Assembly (NCBI RefSeq): GCF_964355755.1
Contig: NC_092678.1
Location: 13,452,352-13,516,351 of the forward strand
Length of the DNA: 64,000 nucleotides
Source: Antedon mediterranea
Lineage: Eukaryota; Animalia; Echinodermata
Reading direction: 5' to 3'
A program made the position numbers and the translations under genes. Shown in pieces: positions 12,132 to 26,042 of the stretch; position 1 is the first letter of the stretch; each line of letters starts with the position of its first letter. Under the pieces are notes generated by a model that was given only the letters and a program-made list of their open reading frames with translations, had not been told where the DNA came from and did no database searches.

Positions 12132-12699
12132 GTTTCTTGGTTGTTGAGTGTTTTCAATTATCACTAAAAGAGATAATCGCAAAAAGTAAATTAAAATCAA
12201 CAACAATTGGAAATTATATGAGGGTCTTACCTGATGTATAATTGAGATTATATTAGCTGTTCCAGAGGCGAGATTCACTGGCGCTTCATCTCAGATTTCG
12301 GAAATTACCAGGATCAAATCAAAGGACCAGCCGCCCTCTATAGTATTGTATGCCAACCCAGAATGCAACTGGCTACTTTAACGCCTAAAACCATGACATG
12401 AAGCTAACCACAGAGGCCACAAACAAACTAAACTGAACACGTGGTCCCTCCGCCGGAACACAACTGCTGTTCCAATCCAGGGCGAGATTCCTTCAAACTT
12501 ACTATACCTGCCTACTGTAGTATGGCTGAACAACAGTACCAAGGGTAGGGCCCTGAGTGGGAAATGAATCTCGCCTCCGGGTAAGACCCTCATATAATTT
12601 CCAATTATATTACGCTTTCTCTACGGCTTTGATTCACTGGCGACTTCAAAGCCTAGGCCACGTTACTAGCTAACCGCAGGACTGAATCAGCGACCACTG

Positions 12700-13600
12700 C
12701 ACTGGCAATAGGCCGATGATAAAACCTAGAAAAAGTGGACTCCTGAGCCCATCCGGCAGCCTGCAAAATGTCCCTTAGAGAACTGCAACTTTAACAGAGG
12801 CCGAGGCCGCAGCCCCAATGGTCGAATGACACCGTAACACGTCCATATCCACACCGGCTTCCGACAGCATGGCCTGCACCCAACGGGTAATTGTAGATGA
12901 ACACAACTTCTTTTGTGGCGCCCTGTGGCTGATAAACAGTTGGCCCTCACCTTGCCGCAATGGTCTGGTCAACCGGATATAGTACCTGACCCCCTCTACG
13001 GTACAAAGAGAGGGCACCGAGAACTTCGGGACTTCCACCCAATGAATTCCCCAACCAACTCTAGTCTGCTTAGACAAAACGGCCGGCAAAAAACGAAGCA
13101 ATGACGGCGAAACAGTCAAATGGTCAACATTAATCGAAATTAACGATGAAACCCTACCCAGCGTGACTAGTGTGAGCAAAAGCGACAGTTTCCATGAAAG
13201 TCGACGAAGTTGCAGACCGTCCCAAGCCATCGTGCGGAGATAATCTAGCACAGGGGAAACCTCCCATGTGGCCACATACAGTGGCTTCGGAGGATTACGA
13301 TTGTAGAAAGCCTTCCTAAGTGTAGCAAAGACTACAGACTCCCCTACTGGTTTCCCATCGACAAATTCATGAAACTTGGAAATAGCCGACATGTACACTC
13401 CTAGGGTACGGAAAGCCAGGCCTCCTTCATCCTTCTAAACCAAAAACTCCGCTACTTTGGTCAAAGATGCTGAAACTGGATCCAAGTGCCGCTGCAGACA
13501 CCAGTCACACCAGACTCCCCAACAAGCTTGGTAGTGCCCCAGGGTAGACTGACGACAAGAGTCTGACAAAACTTCGGAAACATTGTCTGAAAAAACCCTC
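12700..13600 (-). pseudogene. DIRS tyrosine recombinase (disrupted)
   Basis: N-terminal STLGHYQACWGVWCDWC (integrase SAM-like), then catalytic-region LVTLGRVS, SKQ, LFIS and HST motifs, with a frameshift near 13435. Confidence 0.85.
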
Positions 13601-15460
13601 TTCCGTGAAACGTCTCCTGAGACTAGCCAAGCCGCTAGGATGATCCTGTCCCACAAAAATGACCGTGTCCCGAGTGAGGCTGGACCACAAGGTCGCAACG
13701 GACGGGCAACAGGATCGGATCCTACACAGAAAGGCCCCAGAGAAGGGGGAACCAGGCCTAGGCTCTCCAAACCGGAGCTATAACCAAGACAGTCGCTAGG
13801 TCGGTCTGTACCTTCTGAAGAACCCTCTCTTAGAGACAGAATGGCGGAAATGCATAACCGCTCTCTCTGGTCCACAGAACCGAGAGAGCATCAGACGCTA
13901 CTGCCCGAGGTTGAGAGCCCCATGACACGAATCTCGGAAAATGATGGTGGTTGAGACGAGATGCAAACAAATCTATTGACGGCTGGAACGGCATTGCTAA
14001 CAGAACGCTCTTAAGCACCCCGACGTTAAGCATCCATTCGGTTCGGTCGTTGAAGACACGAGAATGCATACGGTATCTGCCAGGACATTCTCCCTTCCGG
14101 GAACATGGGATGCCGACAGGACAATCCCTCTGTCAACAGCCCACCGCCACATTTCAACCGCCAAGTCCGACAAATGGCTAGCTTTGTCCCCACTCTTTGT
14201 GACGAAGATAGGCCATAGCGGTGGTGTTGTCCAGACGCAGAGCCACATGGACGTTCTGCAGACCGACCGTGAAGGTCTGGAGCCCCAGAAAAGATGCCTT
14301 CAACACTAAATGGTTGATGTGCCACTGCCGCTCCAACGACCTCACTTCCCCTGACCGAGAAAATGTGCTCCACAGCCAAACTGGGAGAAATCCGATGTGA
14401 TCGTTACAGCCGGGCTTTGCAACCGGATATCCCTGCCATTGTACTATTAAAGGCACGTGCTCTACCACCACAGTTCTTCCACTACCGATTCCGATAGGAC
14501 GACTGACCCCTCGTAAGACGGGTCGTGCCTCAAAGATTGTATGAGCGTCTCCTGAAGAAATCTGTAAAAGATAGGAGCCGGCAGGACATCCTTTGTGGAT
14601 GCTCTCATCTTCCCCAACACCCTGGCCATAGCCCTGGCTTTGAGGGACTGCTGACCTGCAGATCCGACAAGGCTAGAAGCTTGTCCGGAGGCAAACTGAT
14701 CGAGACCGATTCCACCATATGACCCAAATACCGGATCCTCGTGACAGGGACTAACACCGACTTCTTCCAATTCAGCAGGAAGCACAAGTGATCCAGGAAT
14801 TATATGGTAAGATCCCTCTGAGAGAGGCATAGGTCGTAAGACTCCGCCATCAAAAAGATGTCGTCCAAGTAAATTACCACCCTTAGCCCCAGTGAGCGTA
14901 GATGACACACCACCGTCTTCAGGAGTTTAGCGAAAACCGTCGGTGCGGATTTGAGGCCAAATGGACAAACTTGAAACTCGAACAAGCGGTTGTCCCATTG
15001 AAACCGGAGGAATCTTCAGTAGTCCGAGTGTATCGGAATACTGAAATATGCGTCTTTCAGATCGATCGACACCATAAAGTCCCCGGGACGTAACAGGTAC
15101 TTTACATTGGAGATTGACTCCATCTTCAAGTGGAGGGCAATGAACCTGTTGAGGTTCTTCACATTGAAGACAGGCCGTGCGCCTCCCAAGGCTTTGGGAA
15201 ACACAAAAATTGTGGACACAAATTGGCCTCAACAAGGCTGTACTTCTATGACTGCCCCTTTTTCCAGCATACTCGCCACTTCTGATTGGCATGCCGCCTG
15301 TCTGTTGCTTCCATCACCAAATGTGCAGGCACCTTGCACTGCGATGGAGGCTGATCTATGAACTTCAGTTTGTATCCCTACACTGTCTGCAGTACGTCCG
15401 GATCTCCTGTTAATTTCCGCCAACAAGGAAACATTGTCCCTATCCTTCCCACAAAACCCC
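13600..15460 (-). pseudogene. DIRS pol: reverse transcriptase, RNase H and adenine-methyltransferase-like domain (multiply frameshifted)
   Basis: IFVFPK..GGARPVFNVK, IDLKDAYFSIPI, CPFGLKSAP, YLDD, HINHL..LDNTTA, HVPGRENVLAD, IDLFASRLN..DAL..W..YAFPPF. Confidence 0.9.
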
Positions 15461-16913
15461 CACTCTCGATGAGGGACTGATGGGAAACTTGCAACTGGTG
15501 GAGTGCACTTAGTTTTTTTGGCCCCTGCGAGGGGCGCTTGTATGGCGTAGATTTTCCGGAACCTCTCCGAAAACCAATGCTGCCGCCATGGAACGTAAAA
15601 GAAGAGGGTTGGGTGAATCTGTTGCTACTACGATACCCGGAACGATTCCGGCCCCAAGACCTACTCCTTGGACGAGGCCTGGATCTACCCTTAGATGCAT
15701 CCGGCCGGGTGGCCTTTGCCATCACCTTCTTCTTCTTTTCTTGTTCGTCTATGTCTTTGACCCACTGGTCACCGAACCGAAGTGTTCCATTCACCATCTC
15801 CTGGTGAAGCACGGAGAGACGATGCATCCCGTGCCCAAAGAGGCTGAGAGCACTCTCCAGGTGTGATTTATGTTCTCCCGTAGCTGACTCCATTAATTTG
15901 ATGAGAGGAAGGGAAGACAACATCAGCTCATCCTGAATATTGCCAAGTGACGTTAGGTCCTTGGCAGACTGGACTCTTTTCTCCCTCATGGAATCCCTGA
16001 GGTTCAAGTCTACCTTTGGGGCAGCAAAATAAACACTGACCAAAGTGTCAGGGTTCAATGCGGCGACTAATTTGTCCCGCTTCGCCTTCGGCAGAAGATG
16101 GATTTGTGCGCTGATTTTTTCAAAATTCCAGCAGCCTAACTTGCGGAACATACCCTGAGGGCTGACAATGAGGATCGTTCAACGGCTTTTCCTCAACCTG
16201 AGCAACCTGAACAGGCGGAGCCTGAACAGGCGGCGGTGCTCCGGACGGCCTGCCTCCGCATCAGTATTATTAAGGTCACTTTCAACTATCACGGACAACG
16301 CATCCATGTCCTGTTTCGGGGACGAACCCCAAGACGACGCCGATGACGGGCTACGACTATCCCGAACCAGAGACCTTGATCTCGCTCGGCCAGGGCCAAC
16401 CACACCATGGATCAGCTCCTTCAAAAACCGTACTTGTACAACAGAAAAAGGAGCGACCTCATTGGGCTCCCGAGCAACCGGTCTAGGCCTTGCCGACATA
16501 TGCGGTGAGAGAGCGTAAGGCGAAGGCCAGGTTTCAGCTGGCGGCGACCGGTAGTAGAAATAATCCTGCGAGTACTGATGGACAAATGGGGCCTGTACCT
16601 AGACACCGCCCCCCTCCCTACGCTCGCCCGGGTCCCCGCTGCGAGGAACGGAACAGGCGGCAGCTGAACCTGAGCCATCACAGATGCCGGACAGGCACCC
16701 CTTGCTTACGAAACAGCAACGGCAGGCATCCCCTGGGCTCCATAAAGGAACGGAACAGGAGGCAACAACACCTTGGACCTGCTGAGCAGATGGACAAAGC
16801 ACGCCAGCCGTCGCAGTGCTGACACTGGACGAACCACTAGCCGATGAAATCCCCGCAGTGGAAACATAAATGGCTGACGAAATCATCGGCCTCGTAGTAG
16901 TAGTTGAGTCCAT
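15378..16913 (-). pseudogene. DIRS ORF1 (gag-like), fragmented
   Basis: Lies upstream of and overlapping pol, with Ser/Arg-rich segments spread across several broken ORFs. Confidence 0.6.
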
Positions 16914-19900
16914 TTGAGAAAACTACCACAAAACACTCTAAAACTAACTAGAGAAACCAAAACACAGCCTATGCGTTGCAGAAACACTAGCTAGCTATAA
17001 CAGAATGGCATACACTAATACACCTAAAAAAGGTGAACAACTTAGAGTAGAGGCAATATCGGGTCTAAAGACAAAATAGACAGTTGCGTTCTGGGTTGGC
17101 ATAAATACTATAGAGGGCGGCTTGTCCTTCGATTTTAAAATGTTTTGTTAAAGTAGAGGTAATATACGAGATCTGAGATAAAGCGCTAGTAAATCGAAGG
17201 CCGTAGGAAAAGCGTAAAACAATTTGTTTAATGATTATAATTTCCAAACCACCTAAAAAATAGGTTTTGGAGGTGGACAAAAGCGTTACATGTTGCTTCT
17301 ATGAAGGATTATTCTGTTTTCCAGTTTGATATTTGCGTGTGGATAAAATGTTTTAGTTAAATTGTGTTATTCTTTAGTTGCTGAATCCAAAAAAATGTTA
17401 GGTGCTATTTCTTTCGACCAATATTTTTAATTTCAAAATGGCCTACATTCCCAACTAAACTTGGTAATCATTTTATTACACTAAACCTACATGAATAAAT
17501 TAATATTTACATGTTATTTAGCAATAAACAAGTCACATGACAATAAAAGTCGAATGGTTGATATGCAACTATATACTATAAATACTGAACTATTTTGTAT
17601 TGTTGGATAGCTTTTTTTGAATGAATGAAGTTTTAACAATGTTCCATTTTCCTTGTATTTTGTCATAATTGTCCACTTATATATTTTATATTATTATTGT
17701 AATGTAATAATTGAGAAATCAACCTTTGTATTAGAATTCAATTGGGTTCACGAACTTGCCCTTGAAAGTCCACTGAAGAGATCGTCCAGATGTTTTAATG
17801 TACATTTAGTCCATTTAGTCCATAATCAAATCTCTAAAGAAAACCCTGTTTAACTTTGGTACCTTTCCCGTCGTTAAACCAGGAGAGATTGACATTATTT
17901 AAGTACAGATCACTAAAATACATTAGAATGTAATCAATCACTTCTATCCAAGCACCCCTGGATCAACTTAGAACAAATCAGTAACCTCAGAGATGATGTA
18001 ATGACAAATCAGACAGGACAGACATTCGACCCAGTTTTGTTCACAAAAATGTTTCTACGAATTTTAACACCGCAACCGATGATTAGCTCTAAATTTAACA
18101 AACCGTTTGATAATCCCTAGCTTAATAAGGAGCAGACTACAGTTTAATTTGTTACTAAATAAGAGCAAGCGTTTCTGATCGCCGAATGTCTTACTGTGTT
18201 TCTTTAATGTTGTTCTTATACTGTATAGGCCTAAATACTTTATTACTGCGCCCAATCCCCGTAGTTAAATGTCCAATTCTCCATAATTCTCTAATAAGTC
18301 CACATCAATTAATTGTTCTTTATAGTATCCAGTTTTGGTTATTTTGTCTTTATTTCCAAACAACACAATGAAGAGGACACTTCGGTTTTTGTTGTTTTAA
18401 TGTCCCAAAAATGTCTCCCTGAGTTCTATTGTATTCGAGAACTATCTGTGGTGACCACTCGTTTCACTCGCATACCATCTAGTAGGTGTAATTAATAGGT
18501 ATAATGAATTAAAACGTTAACGACGCGATCATTTCGGTTGACTTGCTGCCGAGAATAAACATACTTTTAATTTGGCGGCCGGGTACGGTATTTTTTGTAG
18601 ATACGGCCATGATGATACACAGCGCAGGAGGTTGCGTAGTGGATACGTGACGTTAACAAACATCAGTGTGCCAAATGTGAGCACGTACCATTCATTGGCT
18701 TCGGAGTAGATATGTAAAATTACGCGAAAAATGTAGTACCATTAATATATAGAAAAAGATAGGAATAGGAAGACACAATGTAAAATGCATGTAATCAACT
18801 CCATGTCGGTTATTCACTCTAGCTGTTCCATGTGTACCGCCATAGGTATATGCCTCATATGTTTAATACAATTATGTATTGTGTCTACATTCGGTACGAC
18901 TTTATTAGTATTAATAAAGTTATTAATTGATTATTGTGGTTCCGAACTAAACAGTTATTATGATATTATGTTGGACACGAGTGCTAGCACCCCTTCGACT
19001 GTCAACCACTCTCACTTTCAGTTGATAATCTGGTCTCTGTCACTTGTGACTGATTGATGACCTCGATTGATGCTTCCCTCTTGTGAACCATTAAAGTATA
19101 TTGTTATATGTTTCATGTAACGCATATATCGTTATTATATTCTTATGGTTTGTGTGGTCATTTCAACTGGTGCCAAGTGTTCTATGCATCATTACTGACA
19201 TGAGACAAACAATTAAATAATATACATTCATTCATATTATTGAGTTTTATTTTTCTGACATTTTTACGGAGTCATGCTGTCAAAAGAGTTATTATCATGA
19301 ACAGTGGACATAATCAATCATACATAATTTCGCGTCTTATCAAACTCATTCTCGGTAACAGGCTCAATTACATGGTTCAATTCTCATTCACAAATATTCA
19401 ATTGGCGTAAGGCCAAATATTGTAGTTCATTAAAAACATTAGATGCCTATTTAAACTTCATATTCGTAAACAATCAGACATATACTTCTAAAGCACCAAA
19501 ATACATCTAAATAGAATTAAAAACAATACACCGTACATCCTAGAATTTAACAGCTCTGTAAGAATTCGTCGAAGCCTAACCGCAGATCTAAGTCTGTTAC
19601 GATAGTTGGCAAATCGAGCTCAGAGTCCTGTTGTTAGATTGCCTTGGTATTTGTAAACAACAAATATTCTGACCTAACACCCTACCCTACGTACATTCGG
19701 TGTTTAGGTAAAAACATGTTAAAATGTGCTCAAGTCTGTGAGCAGGAGCAGTAGCAGTAATTTTTTGATACAATGTTGACGTTCTAATACAGCTTAATGG
19801 ATGAAGTTCAAATAAAAAGTGCCTCCAGCTCGAACGGCATAGTATCAGACTTGTAAGTTTAGGAGGAAGGAACACATTTTGGCTTAGCGTTATAATAATA

Positions 19901-20667
19901 TAGATAGATGTTTCATTGACTAATTACGAAAAATGAAATTACCTCGATTACAAATTACCAGAATACAGTAGTTTTTTTCGTTGTGCAACAGGTTTAGTGT
20001 GTTCTCATTTGATTTAGAAGATTTTGGATCACATATATCCAATAACTACACCCCTTTGAACTGATTCGAATTGTTTAAATACACAAATCACCGTGTCTGT
20101 ATTTTTTTCTGAGACAGATTAAATAATTCTTTAGATATTTTTAACTGTAATTTTTCTCAATTTAAATGTATTATTAATGAAATTATTTAAATTTTCTTTT
20201 TCATTTGTATATATTTATAGGCTCATATTTTATAGTTTAGCTTTTATTTTCAACCTGTTATTGGTGTTTTACACTGTTGGTTTGATATAAAGAATAAAAA
20301 AAAAAAAGATTAATTAGATATGTGAGTTAAATTTAAATATGTGACTAAGAAACCGAATTACAGTATATACTTACAAGGATAATTAGTTTGTACACATTTA
20401 TCTTGTAGCTTCTTATTATCACAGTTTGTCGTTTTATCATCCACGTTTTTACAGATTGTGTTTTCTGGCAGTTGGAGAATGTCTCTTATAAAAAAATTCG
20501 TGTTATTGGTCATTTTGTAACGTAGTTTCCTACAAGTTTAAAAGAAGCAAATAACTATGTAAGTTAAAGTAGAATATAACTTGCATAACATTATTTTAAA
20601 TTAATATATGGTTTACACATTTTCAGTCAATATTTAATAAGCACGATAAAAATATAATCAGTAAGAA

Positions 20668-23600
20668 ATGAAATATAGGGATATTATAGGTCCAATAATG
20701 GTAAAAACACTTAATATAGGTTTAAATAGCGGAAAAATGAGTACCTCACAGAGACAGGCGGTAATAACTCTTATTGAAAAAGAAGGCAAAGACCGATGCA
20801 AATTAAAGAATTGGAGACCCATATCATTACTAAATGTGGACTACAAAATAGCATCGAAAGCACTATCCACTAGATTGAGCCAGTTTATTCCTTCCCTTAT
20901 CCACATTGATCAAACCGGTTTTGTAAATGGCCGATACATTGGCGAGTCAGTACGAACAATTGAAGATATTATGGAGTTTACCAAAATAAAAAATATTCCA
21001 GGAATTATGCTTTTTTTGGACTATGAAAAAGCATTCGATTCGCTTGAATGGGGTTTTTTGTTTCAGGTTTAAAAAAAAGTAAACCTCGGAGAAAAATGTA
21101 TTCAATTCATAAAAGCATTATATACTGATATAAGTAGTTGCGTGATAAATAATGGGCAGTCATCAAGTTATTTTCCAGTTGGAAGGGGTGTACGACAGAG
21201 TGACCCCCTCAGCCCTTATTTATTTATCCTATCAATAGAATTACTAGCATGTGCCATACGAGACGATAACACTATTAAGGGGATTGCAGTAAATAATAGA
21301 GAAATTAAAATAACTCAATATGCAGACGACTCCACATGCTTTTTGAAAGATGAAGTGTCAGCAAAAAATATAATTAACTTAATAGAGAAATTTTCAAAAA
21401 TATCGGGCTTGAAATTAAATATAAGCAAATCGCAGGCTATATGGCTTGGTTCAAATAGGCGATGTAAAAACAAACCAATACATATGCAATGGCCACAACA
21501 ACCAGTAAAAGCATTAGGAGTTTACTTTTTTTATAATGAAAGACAACGGGAAAAATGTAATTTCGAAACGAAAATTAAACAACTAAAAACAATATTAAAC
21601 ATATGGAGAACCAGACAACTAACCTTAGCAGGAAAAATAATTTTAATTAAAACATTCGCAATATCCCAATTTATATATTTAGCATCTGTCATACATATAC
21701 CGCCCCATGTAGTTAAATCAATTGAAACAATTCTATTTAATTTCTTATGGAACGGTGGTAAAGGTATGATAAAAAGAACAACATTAATTGGGAATATTGA
21801 AGAAGGCGGCTTAAAAATGGTAGATATCAAAAGTATGTTTAAGGCATTAAAGATAAAATGGATACAACGATATAACATAAACGTCAATGCAGCATGGAGA
21901 TCTCTACTATATAGGTTCCTAAATAAGCAAGGAGGCGACACTATTTTTTATTGTAATGTAAGCGCGGACTGTGTCCGTAGTTGGAAAAATATTCCATTGT
22001 TTTATAAGGATATGTTAAACGCTTATTTCGAATTAATACATCCTGATACAGTAAACGAAGGGTCCCAATATATATGGTTTAATAGGCACATGCATATACA
22101 TGGCAAGCCATTTTATTACAAGAGCCTCAGAGATGTTGGGATATGTTTAGTAAGCGACCTTTTTTATGAAAACGGTAATATCATTCCCTTTAACACTTTG
22201 ACTGCCAAACACGAAGATCTTCGTTTTTGGAAACACAACGCTTGACTGCCAAACACGAAGATCTTCGTTTTTCGCGTTTTTTTACGAAATCCGGTAGATA
22301 GGTTAATTATTGGTATATACTATAAATATGGACACTAAATTCGGTCTGGACCGTGAATATTTTACTTTTTGAAAGTAACTAATCTGGTTACGAACGATTG
22401 TCAAAATGGTACCTGTCGAAATAACATACACCGCGCATCACAGTAGCGCGTACAGCGATGGTTTGGCGCATTGTGTATCGGTCGCGCGCTAGCTATGCCG
22501 CCGAAGCGTTTACAAAGGTTTATGTGGATTGGCATGTTTGTTTGTTATCTGAATAAAAAATAATGGATGAATTTTCAATAAGAAATCTTTAATTTTATTA
22601 TTGTATGTATACCCTAATTGTTTTGGTGTTTCACTGTACGTGGCCGAGTTTCAGAGATTCACGCAACAAACTTGTTTAGAAATGGTATGAATATTATCAT
22701 CAGTTTACTAGCTAGGCTATAGTAGAACTAGGCTATAGCCTAGGCCTAGTCGTAAAACGGTTCCGGACCAACTTTAGGCCTAGTTAACCAGGCCTGGTGG
22801 CTTTACTATATGGATTTTGGCGAAACATTGATGTAAGATTTATGATTTATAAAATGTAATACATTTTTCGATAGTGATAACTTGTTTTTATAGGCCTACC
22901 GGTGCCGTGTAAGTAACTTTTTCGTTGTTTGTTGATCTCACCGGGCGATATTTTCATATTGTGATGTCTTGCACAAAATCGCGAATATCTCGACTTTCTT
23001 GCGCGAAACTACGAAAAACTCAAAAACTGCGTTACTTTCATTTTACTATTACGATTTACATATTGCGATTTGAAAATCTTTCTTGGTACCATTGTAAAGC
23101 TAAAATCTTTATGATTATTTTAGTCTAAATTACATGTAAATCAGATCACATACATAGTTTCAATCAGCTTTAATAAAAACATCGAATTGGGCTATAAACG
23201 CTGGCGGTGGCAGTTTCTAACTGGAAAAACCTCTGGCAGTCAAAGTGTTAATACGTGGATAAAGAGAGGCTTATCGACAAGTAATTTCATGCACTGGAGA
23301 ATGACGATATCTGCAATACCCCCACAGTGGAAAGCAAACATGAAGCTAGGGTTTTTACGAACAAATTATAAAAAGAGAGGGTTTATAGTGGAAGTAAAGA
23401 ATGAAGAGAAAGAATTAGAAAGTATGAGTACAAAAAATATATACAGAGCCTTAATTAAAAAAATCTTTAAAATACCAACATCTCAAAGTAAATTGCAGGA
23501 TGAATTAGGTGTAGATAGCGATAAATGGGAAACTATCTATGTATTACCATTTAAATGTTCTCAGGAGGTAAGAACCAGAATATTTCAGTATAAAATTAAT

Positions 23601-24740
23601 GTGAATTGCTTGTCAACTAATAGTAGTAGTAATAGTAGTACATAAAATTAATGAATATTGTACCGAGTAATATGTGTTCCTATTGTGAATCAAATAGTGA
23701 AACTATGACCCATCTTTTGGTTGAATGTAACATTGCAACCAAACTATGGGATGAATTCACAACTTGGTGGGAAAACATTTCAAAAACAAAGATTTACCTT
23801 GATAAAACCTCCATATTATTTGGTTACAATACAGAAAATCCTGATATGTTATTAAATCTATGTATTTTGTTGATTAAGAAAATTATATTTAGTTACAAAT
23901 TAACTCACAAAAAGCCAGTCTTCCAGGTTTTCTTTAATCGGTTAAAATTTAATTATAACGTAGAGAAAAACATTGCTTCTAAAAGAAGTACATTGTATAA
24001 TTTCAGACAAAAGTGGAGATTAATAGAAGATTATATTTGATAACTTAACGATACTGTTTCTCGAGGAAATGACTTACTTTTGTGTATTATTATTATTATT
24101 ACGCTTGCTCTTTATTATTGTATTAAATTAAATGTAAACCAGAAATTATTATTTGCACTTGTTAGATATATTTAAGTATTTATTATAGGCATACTATTAG
24201 TTCCTTGGTTACAATACAGATAATTAAAAATATGTATTTTATTAATATATATGTATTATTTTAAAGAAACAAAAATGGTTATGTTGTTAAATGTATGTAT
24301 CTGATTTTAATTAACACAATTATATTATAGTTCCTTGGTAATAGTACAGATTAAGATATATTTGTGTGTATGTATGTGTATGTATAAATATGAGTATTAT
24401 TTATTATTGCTATAAAGACAAAAAAAAAATTAATATGTTAGTAAATGTATATATCTGGCTAATTTGATTAATACAATTATATTTAGTTAGATTAGTTACA
24501 TAATTGTGGAAAACACAGCATTTACCAAATTAATTAATTATTTACTTTAAAAAAAAATGGAATTAATAATTTATAGTTTTTTAATATTGTTTGATCACTG
24601 TAAGTTACTTTATTTAAACGTTCATATCTTTTTGATACCTATTACTTTATATTTAAGTGATTTGTGTTATGGTTGTATTTTTTGAAATGAATAAAAAAAA
24701 AATGAAAAAAAAAAAAAAAAAAAAAAAAAAATGAAAAAAA
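20668..24740 (+). mobile_element. 5'-truncated L1/Tx1-clade LINE (ORF2 RT to C-terminal zinc knuckle, 3' UTR, poly-A), interrupted by a piggyBac-like MITE
   Basis: NWRPISLLNVDYKI, DYEKAFDS, GVRQSDPLSP, QYADD, EGGL and CSYC..ETMTHLLVEC. AATAAA and a poly-A tract lie at about 24690-24740. Confidence 0.92.
22194..23247. mobile_element. Non-autonomous piggyBac-like element (1054 bp) with a TTAA TSD
   Basis: TTAA-CACTTTGACTGCCA ... TGGCAGTCAAAGTG-TTAA. Excision rejoins LINE ORF2 in frame (PFNTWIKRG). Confidence 0.88.
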
Positions 24741-26042
24741 CAGACAAAATATAATACTTGATGTGACGAAAAGCACATGAGTATTATTTATATTAGATGA
24801 TTTATATTTCGTATTTTTACATACTTGTTCTGTATGTTTATTACAATGTTCTGACACAAACGTATTTTTGTTGTTTTTGTTGTTAAGGTTTATTTGTTTG
24901 AAAATATTCTGCATCATTTGAATATTTTGTGTCCTAATCCAAGCAAGAATCCACTTGGTAGTATTACTGGCTATTTGCATAATGTCACAAAAAAAACCCA
25001 ATCGGATCACGCGTGTAAATAGTAGTATAGGTATAGTAGTACATAAAGATCAAATTAAATACTGTATATTAGTAAAACATATTAGGAGTACACAGCTGTT
25101 TCAACTAGTGTTAAGATATCAGAAAAAGTCAAGCGCCCTCAGTGTTAGCAGACGAGGCTCTCCCGAGTCACGCGGACATTTAATTTTTGTTTACAAACCA
25201 TTATTTCGCGAACTCCAAATTAAATTTCGCTATCGTGAGTTTTTATGAAGTAAAAACATTTTATACAAAACTAAATGATTAAAAAAAGTGTATGTTCAAT
25301 TAAAAAATAAATATTTTATTGTTTCTTTATTATAAATTAATAAATAAACGACGATATTGTCAATTTTACTGAAACACTCTCCCGCACATAAACCAGGAAG
25401 TCGAGATAAACTGTGTAATGAAAAAGTAAACAATCGTAAGTAGAAAATATCATTGTATTCTTTACTTTTTTTTGTGGATATAATTCATTTTTTTAGAAAA
25501 AGAACGAACTAGAATATAGTCCATCATTATTATATAAACAAAATAATACTAGTTTTGTTAATATAGCCTGATTCAGTTTTTAGTAAAACTCGCATATTTT
25601 GCAGCCCCTTTATACATTGTTATTGTTATCGGCGAGAAAACGGTTTGGCGATAGGTTTAGAAAGTGCGTTGACGCCCGCGATGACCGTGACGGTAATGTG
25701 GGCCTATAGTATGAAGCTAGGCCGAAACATAGAAAATTCGTAATAGTTAAACCTTTAATTACCCTAATCCTAAATTTAATCATTATAACTGTTACCAAAT
25801 AATTAATGGCATGTGTTTATAATAATAATTATTGCTTTCCTGGTGCATTTTTAGGCTAGCTGGTGTGACTGAGTGACAGTCACAGCCTAGGCTAGGCCTT
25901 AATATTAATACATTTGTATAATAATGATTTTTAAACCATTAATATTATAAACAAAATATTTTGGCTATTAGCTCTCTTGTTTGGATTTGTTTGGACACAA
26001 AACTGAAGTACTGTAGATTTAAAAATTGATTTATTTTTAAAG

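Larger units (their letters stand above)
12205..17224 (-). mobile_element. DIRS1-like tyrosine-recombinase retrotransposon, full length but decayed
   Basis: GC-rich 5-kb block with inverted terminal repeats at about 12272-12371 and 17081-17196. The internal complementary region at 12566-12642 pairs with both extremities. gag, RT, RNase H, methyltransferase-like and YR fragments lie on the minus strand. Confidence 0.92.

Noticed and set aside
12132-12278. N-terminal 49 aa of the 183-aa homeobox ORF
   Set aside because: It starts at a non-ATG codon inside the DIRS terminus and crosses an intron-like polypyrimidine tract, so it is probably not coding.
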